64,000 bases of DNA from Promethearchaeia archaeon (GCA_029856145.1 JAHQWK010000012.1:96001-160000); one strand, 5' to 3'. Positions 39,931-51,700 are shown, numbered from the stretch's first letter. The notes: generated by a model from the letters alone, not told the origin. Numbers and translations are program-made.

Positions 39931-41427
39931 TTAAGCTCTACTTTTAACAATTGATTTTTCCAATTCAGCTAATTTTTGTACAGATTTTAATGGATAATTT
40001 CCTGTTAAACACGCTAAGCATAATTGATTTTTATTCTTTCCAATAGCATTAGTTAAACCGTCAATAGTTTGATATAATAATGTATCTGGTCCAATTTTTT
40101 TTTGAATCTCTTCTAAATATTTTTCACCATAGAGGTTTCGAAATCTTCCAGCAATTAATTCATTTTTTGTAGGAAAATCGATTCCCATATAGCATGGACT
40201 AATAATAGGGGGACAGCTTATACGTAAATGAACGCGCTTAGCCCCTCCTTTCTCCTTTAATAATGAAACGATTTGCTGGGTTGTTGTTCCTCTCACAATA
40301 GAATCATCTAAAAGAATAATATCTTTACCATTAACAACGTTTTTAATAGGGTTTAATTTTTCTTTTACAGCAATTTTGCGTTTTAATTGACCAGGCATGA
40401 TGAAGGTTCTATGCACATATCTATTCTTCATTAACCCTTCTTCGTAGGGAAGATTAGCTTCTTTTGCATATCCCACAGCAACACCTCGCCCAGAATCTGG
40501 AACTGGAACAACTATTGCATTTTCTCTTATTTCGTGATTATTTAAGATGGGATCGTTTTTTGCTAAATGCATTCCTAAACGTAATCTTGCCTCTGCAACT
40601 GAAACACCATCGATAACTGAATCTGGTCTTGCGAAATATACATATTCAAATTGACATATAGCTGTTTTGTTTGTTTTAATTATCAATTCTGAATGAATAT
40701 CTTTTTGATGGCTTAGATGTACGATTTCTCCTGGTTTTACATCTCGTAAGAGTTTTCCTCCAACTACATCTATCGCACATGATTCAGATGCAACAAAATA
40801 TATATTTCTTTGTTCTGATTTTAATTCACCAATACATAACGGCTTGAATCCCAAGGGATCTCTCATAGCATAGATATCTCCATCAGCAGTCATAAGTATT
40901 AGAGAATAAGAGCCATCCAATATCCTACTCGCTAATCTTAATATTTCTGGCCAATCTTCAGTCCCTAATGCTATTGATCCAATTAATTGTGCCATCACTT
41001 CAGTATCAGTATCAGTGATAAAAACACGCCCCATATTATCCATATTCTTTTTGATTTCATCAAAGTTTGCTATAGTTCCATTAAAAGCCATAGAAAACTC
41101 AATTTCATTATTTTTAAAATGAAAAGGTTGCATATAATCAGTTGATTTATATCCAACCGCTCCTGTAGTTGCATACCTATTATGCCCAATTCCTACATTT
41201 CCCCAATATTGCGAAATTATTTTATCTTCTAAAACTTTCGAAACTAATCCATTTTTTTTATAAGTAAATATTTTTCCCCCAGTTTTTAAAATAGATATAC
41301 CTGTAGATTCTTGTCCTCTATGCTGCAAAGCAATTAAACCTTGATACAAAAGCTTTGAGACAGAATAACCGAGATCATCACAAGTTACACCAAAAATAGC
41401 ACAATTTTCTCTAGGTTTTTCTCTCAT
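39931..41427 (-). CDS. purF: amidophosphoribosyltransferase, canonical (propeptide plus Cys1)
   Basis: KPRENCAIFG, LQHRGQES, GHNRYAT, DDSIVRGTT, CLAC. Confidence 0.93.
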   Translation of the reverse strand: MREKPRENCAIFGVTCDDLGYSVSKLLYQGLIALQHRGQESTGISILKTGGKIFTYKKNGLVSKVLEDKIISQYWGNVGIGHNRYATTGAVGYKSTDYMQPFHFKNNEIEFSMAFNGTIANFDEIKKNMDNMGRVFITDTDTEVMAQLIGSIALGTEDWPEILRLASRILDGSYSLILMTADGDIYAMRDPLGFKPLCIGELKSEQRNIYFVASESCAIDVVGGKLLRDVKPGEIVHLSHQKDIHSELIIKTNKTAICQFEYVYFARPDSVIDGVSVAEARLRLGMHLAKNDPILNNHEIRENAIVVPVPDSGRGVAVGYAKEANLPYEEGLMKNRYVHRTFIMPGQLKRKIAVKEKLNPIKNVVNGKDIILLDDSIVRGTTTQQIVSLLKEKGGAKRVHLRISCPPIISPCYMGIDFPTKNELIAGRFRNLYGEKYLEEIQKKIGPDTLLYQTIDGLTNAIGKNKNQLCLACLTGNYPLKSVQKLAELEKSIVKSRA

Positions 41428-41568
41428 TTTTTGTCCTTTTTTTTTAAGAAGCATGATATTCGTAATCGTAAATTTGAGAGAAGCAATTTAATTATCTTCA
41501 ATTAATTTAAATCATATATAATTTTTAATTATTAGTTTATTAAAATATTAGATATTTCGTGGAAAAAA

Positions 41569-42240
41569 TTGTCAATGATAAGTATTGATCCTAAATATCT
41601 TGCTATTGCGATATTAGTTGGAGGAAAAAGCACTCGATTTGGAAGTGATAAAGGACTTTATGAAATCCTCGGAAAACCATTAATATCATATTTACTTGAA
41701 AATTTATTTCAAAATAAATTCGACATTTTTATTGTTGCTCATTCGAATAGACAAGTTCAAAATTATATCAATAAAATTGATATTAGAAAAATTGTCGCTT
41801 TTATTATCGACGATCAAATACTTTCATTAAAAACAAATAAACACTCACCAATGATTGGTTTATATTCTGCTTTTAAAGAATTAAATAAATTAAGTTATGA
41901 AAAAACATTGGTATTGCCGTGTGATACTCCTTTAGTTCAAAAAAATGTAATAAATTTACTAATAGAGGAATCTAAAGAATATGACTGTTGTATACCAAGA
42001 TGGAATAATGGCTTTCTTGAACCTCTTATAGCAGTTTATCCAATTGAAAAATCTTTTAAAAGAGCAGGAGAGATTTTGAAAGGAAATAATTATAAACTGA
42101 CTAACCTCCTAGCAGAAGATTGGAAGATTAATTATATCTCAATAGAGAATTCAATCCAACCTTTAGATCCACAATTGCTCTCTTTTTTTAATATTAATGA
42201 ACAATCAGAGCTAGAAATGATTAAAAAAAAATTCAAATAA
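41569..42240 (+). CDS. mobA: molybdenum cofactor guanylyltransferase
   Basis: ILVGGKSTRFGSDK, PCDTP, EPLIAVY, FFNIN. Confidence 0.88.
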   Translation: MSMISIDPKYLAIAILVGGKSTRFGSDKGLYEILGKPLISYLLENLFQNKFDIFIVAHSNRQVQNYINKIDIRKIVAFIIDDQILSLKTNKHSPMIGLYSAFKELNKLSYEKTLVLPCDTPLVQKNVINLLIEESKEYDCCIPRWNNGFLEPLIAVYPIEKSFKRAGEILKGNNYKLTNLLAEDWKINYISIENSIQPLDPQLLSFFNINEQSELEMIKKKFK

Positions 42241-42302
42241 TCATTAAATTGAATACTTTTAAAATAAGAATTTTAAAAAAAAAAAAGAGAATTTATTTTG
42301 TT

Positions 42303-42797
42303 TTAAAAATCATCAGGACCCATTATTCCGCCAATTAGGCCTAAAACACCGCCACCGAGTAAAAGGTATGTGCCTAGTCCAACTGTAGCAAAAATACTTC
42401 CCCCAAGACCTACATGAAGTGGGATGATCCCTTCAACTAAAGGAAGATTCACGAAAACAGTGACACCTAAGAGAAGATCTCCTGTAAAAACCATATAAAA
42501 ACTTAAGAGGAACCATACACTCATAAATATCGCAAAAACAGAACCAATTATACCAATTGCTCGACTCTTCACTCCTAATATTATTAAGAGCCCTGAGAAC
42601 ATAAGGATAATACCTAATATGGCAAATACTATGGCTAATGCTATACCTGATCCGAAGACATCACCAATGTTCAAAAATAAACCTAGACCATAGAAATAAG
42701 CACCAGGAAGAAGGGGAAAATCTCCAAATGAAAATAGGTAGCAAGCTAAAAGTGTGACTATTCCTCCAAGGATACAAAATATTTTTCCAGCACCCAT
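42303..42797 (-). CDS. 4-TM membrane protein
   Basis: Gly-rich hydrophobic ORF. Confidence 0.7.
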   Translation of the reverse strand: MGAGKIFCILGGIVTLLACYLFSFGDFPLLPGAYFYGLGLFLNIGDVFGSGIALAIVFAILGIILMFSGLLIILGVKSRAIGIIGSVFAIFMSVWFLLSFYMVFTGDLLLGVTVFVNLPLVEGIIPLHVGLGGSIFATVGLGTYLLLGGGVLGLIGGIMGPDDF

Positions 42798-43029
42798 ATA
42801 TTTACACTTCTTTATTTGTTTTAATTTTAATTTTTAATATTAGATAGATTAACACACATATATAATATTAATCTAATTTTAACAAAATGGTGTTACATAA
42901 ATAGATTTGGATTAAAAGCTAATTATTAATTATAACAATATGTAAGTAATATCAATTAGTTGAATTTCAGATTTCTTAATTATTTTTATTTGAGTATAAA
43001 AAACTAGTTTATTTAAGCTGAAAATTAAT

Positions 43030-43410
43030 TTAATGTTCCATAATTAAATCATTATTTACAATCTGCCGAATCATTATTAATAATTGCTGCATTTTGAATG
43101 GTTTATCAAGAAAAGCACATGCACCAATTGATTTAGCTTCTTCCTTTACAGTAATATCAGCGCTGGCGAAAATAATTTTTTCATTTTTGTTTATTTTCAA
43201 AATCTCAGCCATAGTGTCGAGCCCATTTTTTATCGGCATTCTATGGTCCATCAAGATTATATCCGGCTTCAATTCTAATTTATTATATTTTTCAATAGCA
43301 TCTTTACCATTTATTGCAGTAGCTATTATCTCAAAACCCGCTTCTTTTAATATCAAGGCATAAAGCCGTTGGAGTGATTGGTCATCATCGACGATAAAAA
43401 TTTTTATCAT
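43030..43410 (-). CDS. stand-alone response regulator receiver (CheY-like)
   Basis: IVDDD, PDIILMDHRMP.KNG, KPF. Confidence 0.92.
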   Translation of the reverse strand: MIKIFIVDDDQSLQRLYALILKEAGFEIIATAINGKDAIEKYNKLELKPDIILMDHRMPIKNGLDTMAEILKINKNEKIIFASADITVKEEAKSIGACAFLDKPFKMQQLLIMIRQIVNNDLIMEH

Positions 43411-43710
43411 AGAGAAATACCTGATACCTTTAAGGAAACAACAATTTACTTAATTTATGTTAGTACTAACAACCCATCATTTATTTTTTTAAACAAACTA
43501 AAAATGAAAATACTTTTATTTAAGTTTAAACATAAATAAAAAAACTGCATATTGTAATCAAAATACTCTAAAATATATTTCAGTAATTTGTTTAAAATTT
43601 ATAATAAATCTTTATAAAAATAATAGATTCTTTAAATTATTGGATTTATTCTAAATGATATAAATTGCAAAACAGTAGCAAGAACATGGAAATTACATAG
43701 GAAAATTACG

Positions 43711-45432
43711 ATGAAAGATTTAATAATAAAAAATGGCTTAGTATACGACCCATTAAACAATATCGATGGTGAAAAGAAGGAGATCCATATTAAAGATGGT
43801 ATTGTCGTAGAAAAAGGTAATAGTGATGCGAAAGTAATTGATGCCTCTGGAATGATTGTTATGCCAGGAGGAGTCGATATCCATTCGCATATTGCAGGAA
43901 CAAAAGTAAATGCTGGGCGTTCCTTTCGACCTGAGGATAAACTTGAAGAATTTAATGAAAAGAGAACGAAATTAACTCGAAGCGGAACTGGTTGGTCAGT
44001 ACCCTCAACTTGGGCAACCGGATACCGTTATGCTAAATTGGGTTATACCACTGTTGTTGAACCCGCAATGCCATTACTTAAAGCAAGACATACACATGAA
44101 GAATTTTTGGATATTCCGATTATAGATAAGGCTGCTTTTCCTCTTTTTGGAAATAATTGGTTCGTAATGGAATATGTTAAAGAAAAGAATTATCAAAAAC
44201 TTGCTGCCTACATTGCTTGGATATTAAAAGCTGTAAAAGGTTATGCGGTAAAGATTGTAAACCCCGGCGGAGTAGAAAATTGGGCATGGGGCAAGAATGT
44301 TAACTCGTTAGATGATCACGTATTTCATTTTGAAGTCAGTCCAAGAGAGATTGTTGAAAGTTTAGCAAAAGTCAATGAAATCTTAAAGTTACCCCATACA
44401 ATTCATGTCCATGCCAACAATTTAGGACACCCCGGGAATAAAGAACATACACTTGAAACATTTAAAGCTGTTGATAAAATTAAACCAAAAACAGGGAGAA
44501 AATCAGCATTTCATCTCACACATTGTCAATTTAATGCATATGGGGGCACTAACTGGGGTAATTTTGAATCTGGTGCCGCTGATATCGCTGAATATTTAAA
44601 TTCACACAATCATATTACTGTTGATGCAGGTCAAGTTATCTTTGGGAAAGCTGCAACAACAACAATGACCGCGGACGGGCCTTGGGAGTTCGCACTTCAC
44701 CATATAGGCGGTACTAGTGGATGGGGAGCACGTCCTGGAATTAAATGGATAAATGGGCAAGTAGAAGGAGAATCTGGTTCAGGAATCGTCCCATATTTCT
44801 TTTCACCAAAAGTAGCTGTTAATGCAGTTCAATGGGCAGTAGGGTTAGAGTTAATGCTATTAACTAAGAATCCGTGGCAAATTTTTATGACAACTGATCA
44901 CCCAAATGGTGGACCATTTACTTCTTATCCTCAAATTGTTCGCTGGTTAATGGATAAAAAATCGAGAGATGATGTTCTTCTAAATCAATGTTCTAAAAAA
45001 GCCTCTGAAAAGTCTCAATTAAAAGATATTGATCGCGAATTGAATTTGTATGAAATATGCATAGTTTCACGAGCAGGTACAGCTAAATGTTTAGGGATGA
45101 CAGACAGAGGACATTTAGGGAAGGGGGCAATTGGTGATGTTGCTATATATAATTTAGATCCTAAAAAAATGAATGGGCATACGATAGAAAAAGCGTTTAC
45201 TTTAGCAGCTTATACAATTAAAGATGGACAGATTGTTGTTAAAGATGGTGAAATTACAGCTACTCCTATGGGTACAACAATTTGTGCAGAAGGAAAAGTT
45301 AAAGATGGGGTTATGGAGGCTATGCTTGATGATGTTAAAGCTCATTGGCGTAATCATTATAGCATTAACTTCAACAACTACGCGATTGGTGACTATTATA
45401 CTCCAAAAATTAAAATTATGAATGGTACCTAA
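43711..45432 (+). CDS. fwdA: formylmethanofuran dehydrogenase subunit A
   Basis: PGGVDIHSHIAG.KVN.GR, KIVNPGG, HANNLGHPGN, TTDHPNGGPF. Confidence 0.93.
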   Translation: MKDLIIKNGLVYDPLNNIDGEKKEIHIKDGIVVEKGNSDAKVIDASGMIVMPGGVDIHSHIAGTKVNAGRSFRPEDKLEEFNEKRTKLTRSGTGWSVPSTWATGYRYAKLGYTTVVEPAMPLLKARHTHEEFLDIPIIDKAAFPLFGNNWFVMEYVKEKNYQKLAAYIAWILKAVKGYAVKIVNPGGVENWAWGKNVNSLDDHVFHFEVSPREIVESLAKVNEILKLPHTIHVHANNLGHPGNKEHTLETFKAVDKIKPKTGRKSAFHLTHCQFNAYGGTNWGNFESGAADIAEYLNSHNHITVDAGQVIFGKAATTTMTADGPWEFALHHIGGTSGWGARPGIKWINGQVEGESGSGIVPYFFSPKVAVNAVQWAVGLELMLLTKNPWQIFMTTDHPNGGPFTSYPQIVRWLMDKKSRDDVLLNQCSKKASEKSQLKDIDRELNLYEICIVSRAGTAKCLGMTDRGHLGKGAIGDVAIYNLDPKKMNGHTIEKAFTLAAYTIKDGQIVVKDGEITATPMGTTICAEGKVKDGVMEAMLDDVKAHWRNHYSINFNNYAIGDYYTPKIKIMNGT

Positions 45433-45505
45433 ATTCTTTCTATTTTTGCTTATTATTTGAGAAAAAAAAAAATATAGGTTAAATTAGAGAAGAAGAACAA
45501 AACTA

Positions 45506-45760
45506 TTATAATAACTTTGTTACTTTTTCACTCCAGTTAGACTTATTTGTTCCAGCCATAGCGAATCCATTTGGTAGCATATTTGGAGGTACAAATTGTG
45601 AACTTCCCAAGATTTGGCTTATTTTTTTCCTTACACATTGATCTTGTTTCCTTCCCTTACAAAACATGTAAATAAAACCTTTCAATGCTAAGTGCTTACT
45701 TTTATCATTTTCAAACATTTTGAAGAAATTACAATTCTCCAAATTTTGGCATTCAGACAT
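45506..45760 (-). CDS. small Cys-containing hypothetical protein
   Basis: CQNLENCNFF...FC.....C.R...VPPNMLPNG. Confidence 0.65.
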   Translation of the reverse strand: MSECQNLENCNFFKMFENDKSKHLALKGFIYMFCKGRKQDQCVRKKISQILGSSQFVPPNMLPNGFAMAGTNKSNWSEKVTKLL

Positions 45761-46207
45761 TTTTTATCATTTGAATTAAAAATTATTTTGAATAATTATT
45801 TAATAAAGATAAAAAAAACCTCTGGTTATATTATCATTTAGAATAAATTAATTGTATGTAGCAATATCGCATAATAATTCAAAAAAAAATTATAAATGGA
45901 CTTTAAATTTACTCTTTTTAATTCATTTTAAAGAGAAGAAAGATAAAGAAAAAATATTTTATTTTCTTAAATTGCCTTTGTGATTAGATCCATTCTAATA
46001 TTGATGAACATCCAAGACCTTTTTTATCTTCAATCCTGCCATGAACAATAAATGTATCACCTTCATATCCACACTCAGGACATTTATTTTTTGATACTAA
46101 TTCTACTAAATCTTGAGAATATGATTTAATTTTTAAAGCTAAGTAAAAACTAAATAAGTTAGATTATGATAGTTTTCATAATATATTTTGGATAAATAAT
46201 AAATAAA

Positions 46208-46513
46208 TTGATGTTAAAGATGCAAAATGAAGATTTGATGAAATTATTAGCTGTTCTCGGTGGAGTTATCGCGATAATTGAAGCAATTTTGGGATTTAAT
46301 GATAAGAATATAGAAACCACGCGAATAATTTTGTTAGTAATAGCTATAATTCTAGGAGTGATTATCATATTAAGTGTGGTTATACCTCATAAGTTTATAG
46401 ATTTGAATTGGATCATTTGTGTGGTAGTAGGTATTGTTATGATTATATACATAAGTACAATTGGTGGAGTTCTGATATTAATTGCTGGCTTTGTAGGATA
46501 TACTGAAAGATAA
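46208..46513 (+). CDS. small membrane protein
   Basis: Three to four hydrophobic segments. Confidence 0.65.
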   Translation: MMLKMQNEDLMKLLAVLGGVIAIIEAILGFNDKNIETTRIILLVIAIILGVIIILSVVIPHKFIDLNWIICVVVGIVMIIYISTIGGVLILIAGFVGYTER

Positions 46514-46544
46514 TATTATCTAAAAATTAGAAATATAAAAATAG

Positions 46545-46666
46545 AGCCAGTGATGGGAATTTCATGCTTCATTTATCCAATAAAGTATTTTGAACCCATG
46601 ATGAATGGCTTTCTTCTTCAGAAAAGAAGTCTGCAGGCCATCGCCTTACGACTCGGCAACACTGGC
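46545..46666 (-). tRNA. tRNA-Cys(GCA) with two introns (37/38: 46611-46630; 59/60: 46559-46588)
   Basis: Acceptor GCCAGTG/CACTGGC, discriminator U, D stem GCC/GGC, anticodon stem ATGGC/GCCAT, T stem ATGGG/CCCAT; removing both inserts gives 7-nt loops CTGCAGA and TTCAAAT. Confidence 0.9.
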
Positions 46667-46892
46667 TTATAAGCTTTAAAATCGAATTCTATTTTAAAAT
46701 TTTGTGTGTGTTATATAAAAAGTTATTCTTGATTTTTTTTTAGCTTTTCTATTATAAAGAATTATAATATTATTAAGCCCAAACTTTCAACCGATCTAAA
46801 TTTTAATCATCAATGAGTTTAAATTATCAAACCATATTATATATCTAGGGAAATTAGGTTTTAGAAAAGTAAATAGAATTAAGGGAGTTATA

Positions 46893-47495
46893 TTGAGCGA
46901 TCTTATTTTAGTATCAAAAGATCAAATAAAGCTAGCAAGTTATGTAATAAGTGAAGCGTTTTTTAATGATCCCTTAATGTTATATTTATTTCCTAAGCCA
47001 AAAGAAAGAAAAATAAAATTAAAATCAATGATGGAGTTATTACTTCGCATTGGTATAAAATATGGAATAGTACATACAACATCAGCAAAATTAGAAGGGA
47101 TTGCTATATGGTTTCCTTCTAATAAAGCGAAAATTACTACATGGATGGGACTTCTAAGTGGAGGAATTTCTTATTTCTTTAAGCTAGGGAGCAAAGCTGT
47201 TAAGAAACAGAATAGACTTTATAATTACATTTTGACAAAACATATGAACCTCATGCCTTCATACCATTGGTATTTATCAATTATTGGTATAAATCCTATA
47301 TATCAAGGAAAGGGATTTTCCAGTGTTTTATTTAATTCTATGTTTAATCAAATTGATAAACAGAATTTACCTTTTTTTCTCGATACTAATAATGAGGAAA
47401 ATTTGCCCATATATAACCGATTCGGGTTTAGGCTTCTTGAAGAATATCAAATACTAGACACCAATGTAGTTAATTGGGCAATGATTAGAGATTAA
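46893..47495 (+). CDS. GNAT family N-acetyltransferase
   Basis: AFFNDP, WYLSIIGINPIYQGKG, NLPIYNRFGF. Confidence 0.88.
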   Translation: MSDLILVSKDQIKLASYVISEAFFNDPLMLYLFPKPKERKIKLKSMMELLLRIGIKYGIVHTTSAKLEGIAIWFPSNKAKITTWMGLLSGGISYFFKLGSKAVKKQNRLYNYILTKHMNLMPSYHWYLSIIGINPIYQGKGFSSVLFNSMFNQIDKQNLPFFLDTNNEENLPIYNRFGFRLLEEYQILDTNVVNWAMIRD

Positions 47496-47602
47496 TATTG
47501 AACAACTTGATTTAAACAGGAGAATTATATTAAATTAAAGAAAAGAATAAATGGCTTAGAATTTTAAATTATTCTTGATTAGATTCTTTTCTATTTGATA
47601 CT

Positions 47603-48631
47603 ATGAAAGAAGAAAAAGCACAAAAAAAAAAAACTTTAATTGGGCTTGGTTTGGTATCAGGAGGTTTAGACAGTTTAACTGCTTGTCTTTTATTACAATT
47701 ACAAGGAATTAAAGTTATTGGGTTAAACTTTACATCTCCCTTTTGCCAATACGGTAAAGATTCTGGTCAGTCTGAATGTAGATTGGATTTACTTGAAAAA
47801 AAACTGGGAATAGAATTACATTATTTACCATTAAACAATGATTATTTAGAAATCATCCGTAATCCTAAATTCGGCTATGGTAAAAATCTAAATCCCTGTA
47901 TTGATTGCAGGATATATATTTTAAGAAAAGCAAAAGAATTTAAGGAAGAAATTAATGCTGATTTTATATTTACCGGCGAAGTTCTTAACCAACGACCAAA
48001 ATCTCAACATATGAAGGCGCTTGAAATTGTAGAAAAAGAGGTTGGACTTGAAGGTAAACTTTTAAGACCATTGTCAGCTCATCAGTTAAAGCCAACTATA
48101 TACGAAGAACAGGGTTTAATAGACCGAAAGAAATTGTTAGGAATAAAAGGGAGAAGTAGAAAAATTCAAATGGAATTGGCTAGAAAACATAGACTTTTAG
48201 AAAATTATTATGCTTGCGGGGGTTGTCTATTAACTGATAATAGTTTTACAAATCGGATGAGAGACTACTTAAAGTCTAATGAGAATCTGATATTGGAAGA
48301 TATAAATATATTAAAATGTGGCCGTCATTTTCGGTATAAAAATTCTAAAATTATCGTGGGGAGAAATGAATCCGAAAATAATATGTTATTGAACCTTAAA
48401 AAACAAAAAGATTTGATACTTGAAGCGAAAGGTGTTCCAGGACCAATTACAATAATACAAGGAGAATTTGATGATGAGGCATTCAATTATGCTGCCATGT
48501 TAACACTAAGATATTCCGATTTGTCTGAATCGATAGGGCAAGTTATTTTTGGAACTGATTATAACGATTTAAGCAATGAAAAGACGGTTAAAATAGAAAA
48601 TGAAAAAAATTTGAAGAAACATATTTTATAA
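47603..48631 (+). CDS. PP-loop tRNA thiouridylase (ThiI/MnmA-like) with DUF814-like C-terminus
   Basis: SGGLDS, NPCIDCR, TGEVLNQRP, GGCLLT, GRHFR, VGRN. Confidence 0.82.
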   Translation: MKEEKAQKKKTLIGLGLVSGGLDSLTACLLLQLQGIKVIGLNFTSPFCQYGKDSGQSECRLDLLEKKLGIELHYLPLNNDYLEIIRNPKFGYGKNLNPCIDCRIYILRKAKEFKEEINADFIFTGEVLNQRPKSQHMKALEIVEKEVGLEGKLLRPLSAHQLKPTIYEEQGLIDRKKLLGIKGRSRKIQMELARKHRLLENYYACGGCLLTDNSFTNRMRDYLKSNENLILEDINILKCGRHFRYKNSKIIVGRNESENNMLLNLKKQKDLILEAKGVPGPITIIQGEFDDEAFNYAAMLTLRYSDLSESIGQVIFGTDYNDLSNEKTVKIENEKNLKKHIL

Positions 48632-48789
48632 TACGCTTAACATTATGATTTTGTACATTTTACTATTACGAAAATGTTATAATAAGGTAAGATATAAATA
48701 AACCTACTCTTATAAAGGATTTATAGTTCCCATAAGATATTTGCAATTTTCTTTAAATTGAAATTTCTTATGATTTTGGTGAATTTCAT

Positions 48790-51700
48790 ATGATATCTAA
48801 TGAAAAAAAGAATAATCCTAATTTTAAGAAAATTCTTCCCTTTTTGATGGAAACAATTGATGATTTAATTATTATTGCTTCATCAAATAATTCTTTCGAA
48901 ATTGAACAACTTTATGAATGTAGGTTTTTAGATCAATTAGGATATTCGAATAATAAACTAATTGGAACATCACTATTGAAATTATTTCATTTTGGGGATG
49001 AAATTACACGAAAGGATTTTATACAGTTAATAAAGCAAGAAAAAAGTACGCAAAATATTCAGATTATCAAAAAAAATGGGAACTTAATCTGGACTGAATT
49101 AAACATTAAAAAATTCAACGAGAAAAAAAGCCAAGAAAAATACGTTTTCAAATTACGAAATATTTCAGAATTAAAAGAATTAGAATCAAAATTGGAAGAA
49201 TCAGAAAAAAATCTCAAAAAGATTGCCAAGGTAGTTCCTGAAGTTAGAACTTGGGATTTATTCACACCAAAAATATATGATAAAGCCTTACACATCTCAT
49301 CTGAAAAGCTCCGTCAAAATGAAGCCAAATTTCATACAGCAATAGAGAGCTTGCCATTTGGTTTCTTTATGATAAATAAAGATGGTTATTATGTGATGCA
49401 AAATACAGTTTGTAAGGAGAATTGGGGAAACATTATCGGAAAACGCCCAGAGGATGTAGCTAATAGTAAGGACACTTTAGCAATATGGAAAGAAAATAAT
49501 TTAAGAGCTTTTTCTGGAGAAATTGTCAAATCTGAAATTGAACTTAAAATAAACGAGAGGATACAATATTTCTACAATATAATCACACCAGTTTATATAG
49601 ATGACAAAATAGAATATATTCAGGGAGTTAACATTGATACAACAGATCGTAAAATTGCAGACCAAAAGCTAAAAGAATCAGAAGAAAGATATCGATTAAT
49701 TTATGAAAATACTAATGACCTAATTAGAGTCTTTAATAACAATTTTGAATTTGAATACCTTAATGAAAAAGTCCATAAACGAGTTTTGGAGTATTCAATC
49801 GAGGAGCTAGCCAATATGGATCCAATATCACTTTTTCACCCAGAAGATCGAAAACATGCAATTAATAGATTAAGTAAAATCCTGAGAAAAGGGGAGGGAT
49901 CTTATGAAGCAAGATTCAAGCATAAGGATGGACATTATAAATGGTTAGAATTATCAGCTAAAAATTTTGTAGATAGTAAAGGAAATAAAAAGATTCTTTC
50001 AATTGGTAGAGATATTACTGACCGCAAAATCATTGAACAAAGAATAAAAGAATCTGAAGAAAAATATAGAACGATTGCAGATCAATCAATATTAGGCATA
50101 ACAATATTTCAAGATGATGCAGTTAAATATATTAATCAAAGAGGAGCAGATTTGTTAGGATATACAGTTGAAGAGATAACGAAATGGAGCTCGAATGAAT
50201 ACGCAAGTAGTATTCATCCTGAAGATAGGCAATTAGTTGTTGAACAGGTAAGGAAGAAACAATTAAGAGATCCTAATGTAATAACTCATTATCAATTTAG
50301 ATGTCTTACGAAAACAGGTGAAACTATATGGGTTGATAATTATTCAAAAACTATCGATTATGAAGGTAGACCAGCTGATTTTGTAGCAGTAATTGATATT
50401 ACGGGAATGAAAAAAGCCCAACAAGCATTAAAAGAATCTGAGGAAAAATTCCACAATATTTTAGAAACATCTTCAGTTGGAGTAATGGAACTTGATGTTG
50501 TCAAGAAAAAATTATTATATATTAACCCGAAATTGTTGAATATAATTGGGTATAAAAAAGAAGAGATAACAGAAGATCTTTTCCGCAGCAATCTTATTCA
50601 TCCAAAAGATTTAAACAAACTTTTAATGACAAATGAGGAATCAGAATTAGAATTTCGAATCATTGATAAACAGGGAAAATTAAAATGGTTAGCGGGAAAG
50701 AGAATTCCTCATTTTAATGAAAATGGAGAAATTTCTAGTATTAGAATATGGTTAGACGATATAACAGAAAAAAAGATGTATGAAAACTTAATTTATGAAT
50801 TAAATATTAATTTTCTCAATTTCACAACTGATATTCGGAATAATATCGATTTACTCTTAAATACTTGCTTGAATTTACTAGATGGAGACTTGATATTATA
50901 CATACATAAAATAATATCTGATGATAAAGAAAATTACCAAATAATATCATCTGATGAAACTTATATTTATAATTCAAAAGATATCAATCAACTCTTTCTT
51001 AGTGGTTTATTCTATGAAGAACACGATTTTCCTCAAACTTTTTTTGATATTGATAGAATGAAATATGCAAAAACGGATCCATTCATTATAGAGCATAAAT
51101 TTAAAGGCAGTTTTGGAAAAGTAATTAAGTCAAACGAAGGCTTTAATAGCGCTGTATGTATTTTTTATAAAAATAATCCTATTATTAGTGGGGAAGATAA
51201 TTTAGTTTTATTTTTAATTTGCGATGCACTTGAAATAGAGCAAAGACGTTGGCAAGTACAGAAAGATTTAGAAAAACAAAACATAACATTGAATAAAATA
51301 AATAAGTTAAAATCCGAGTTATTTTCAAGAACATCACATGAATTGAAAACACCTTTAATTTCGGTTAAGGGCTTTACAGAACTTTTATTAACGCTTTATA
51401 AATCTAAATTGGACCCCGAAATTATTTCAATTTTAGAGGAAATTAGTGATGGAAGTAAACGTCTTGAAAAAATAATTAATTTGCTTTTGGATAGTACAAA
51501 ATTAGAAGCAGGTCAATTATCCTTGAATCTACAAGATGAAAATTTAACCTTTTTAATCAAGTTTTGTGTTAAAGAACTCCAAGGTTTAGCTAAATTAAGA
51601 GATCAAACTATTTCTCTTAATTTACAAGATAAGTTAGAAACAAAATTTGATAAAGAGAGGATTTACGAAGTGATTTCAAACCTATTAGTAAATGCAATTA

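Noticed and set aside
45965-46160. Minus-strand fragment containing CPECG
   Set aside because: No start codon, only one Cys knuckle and a possible frameshift in an A7 tract; cannot support a gene call
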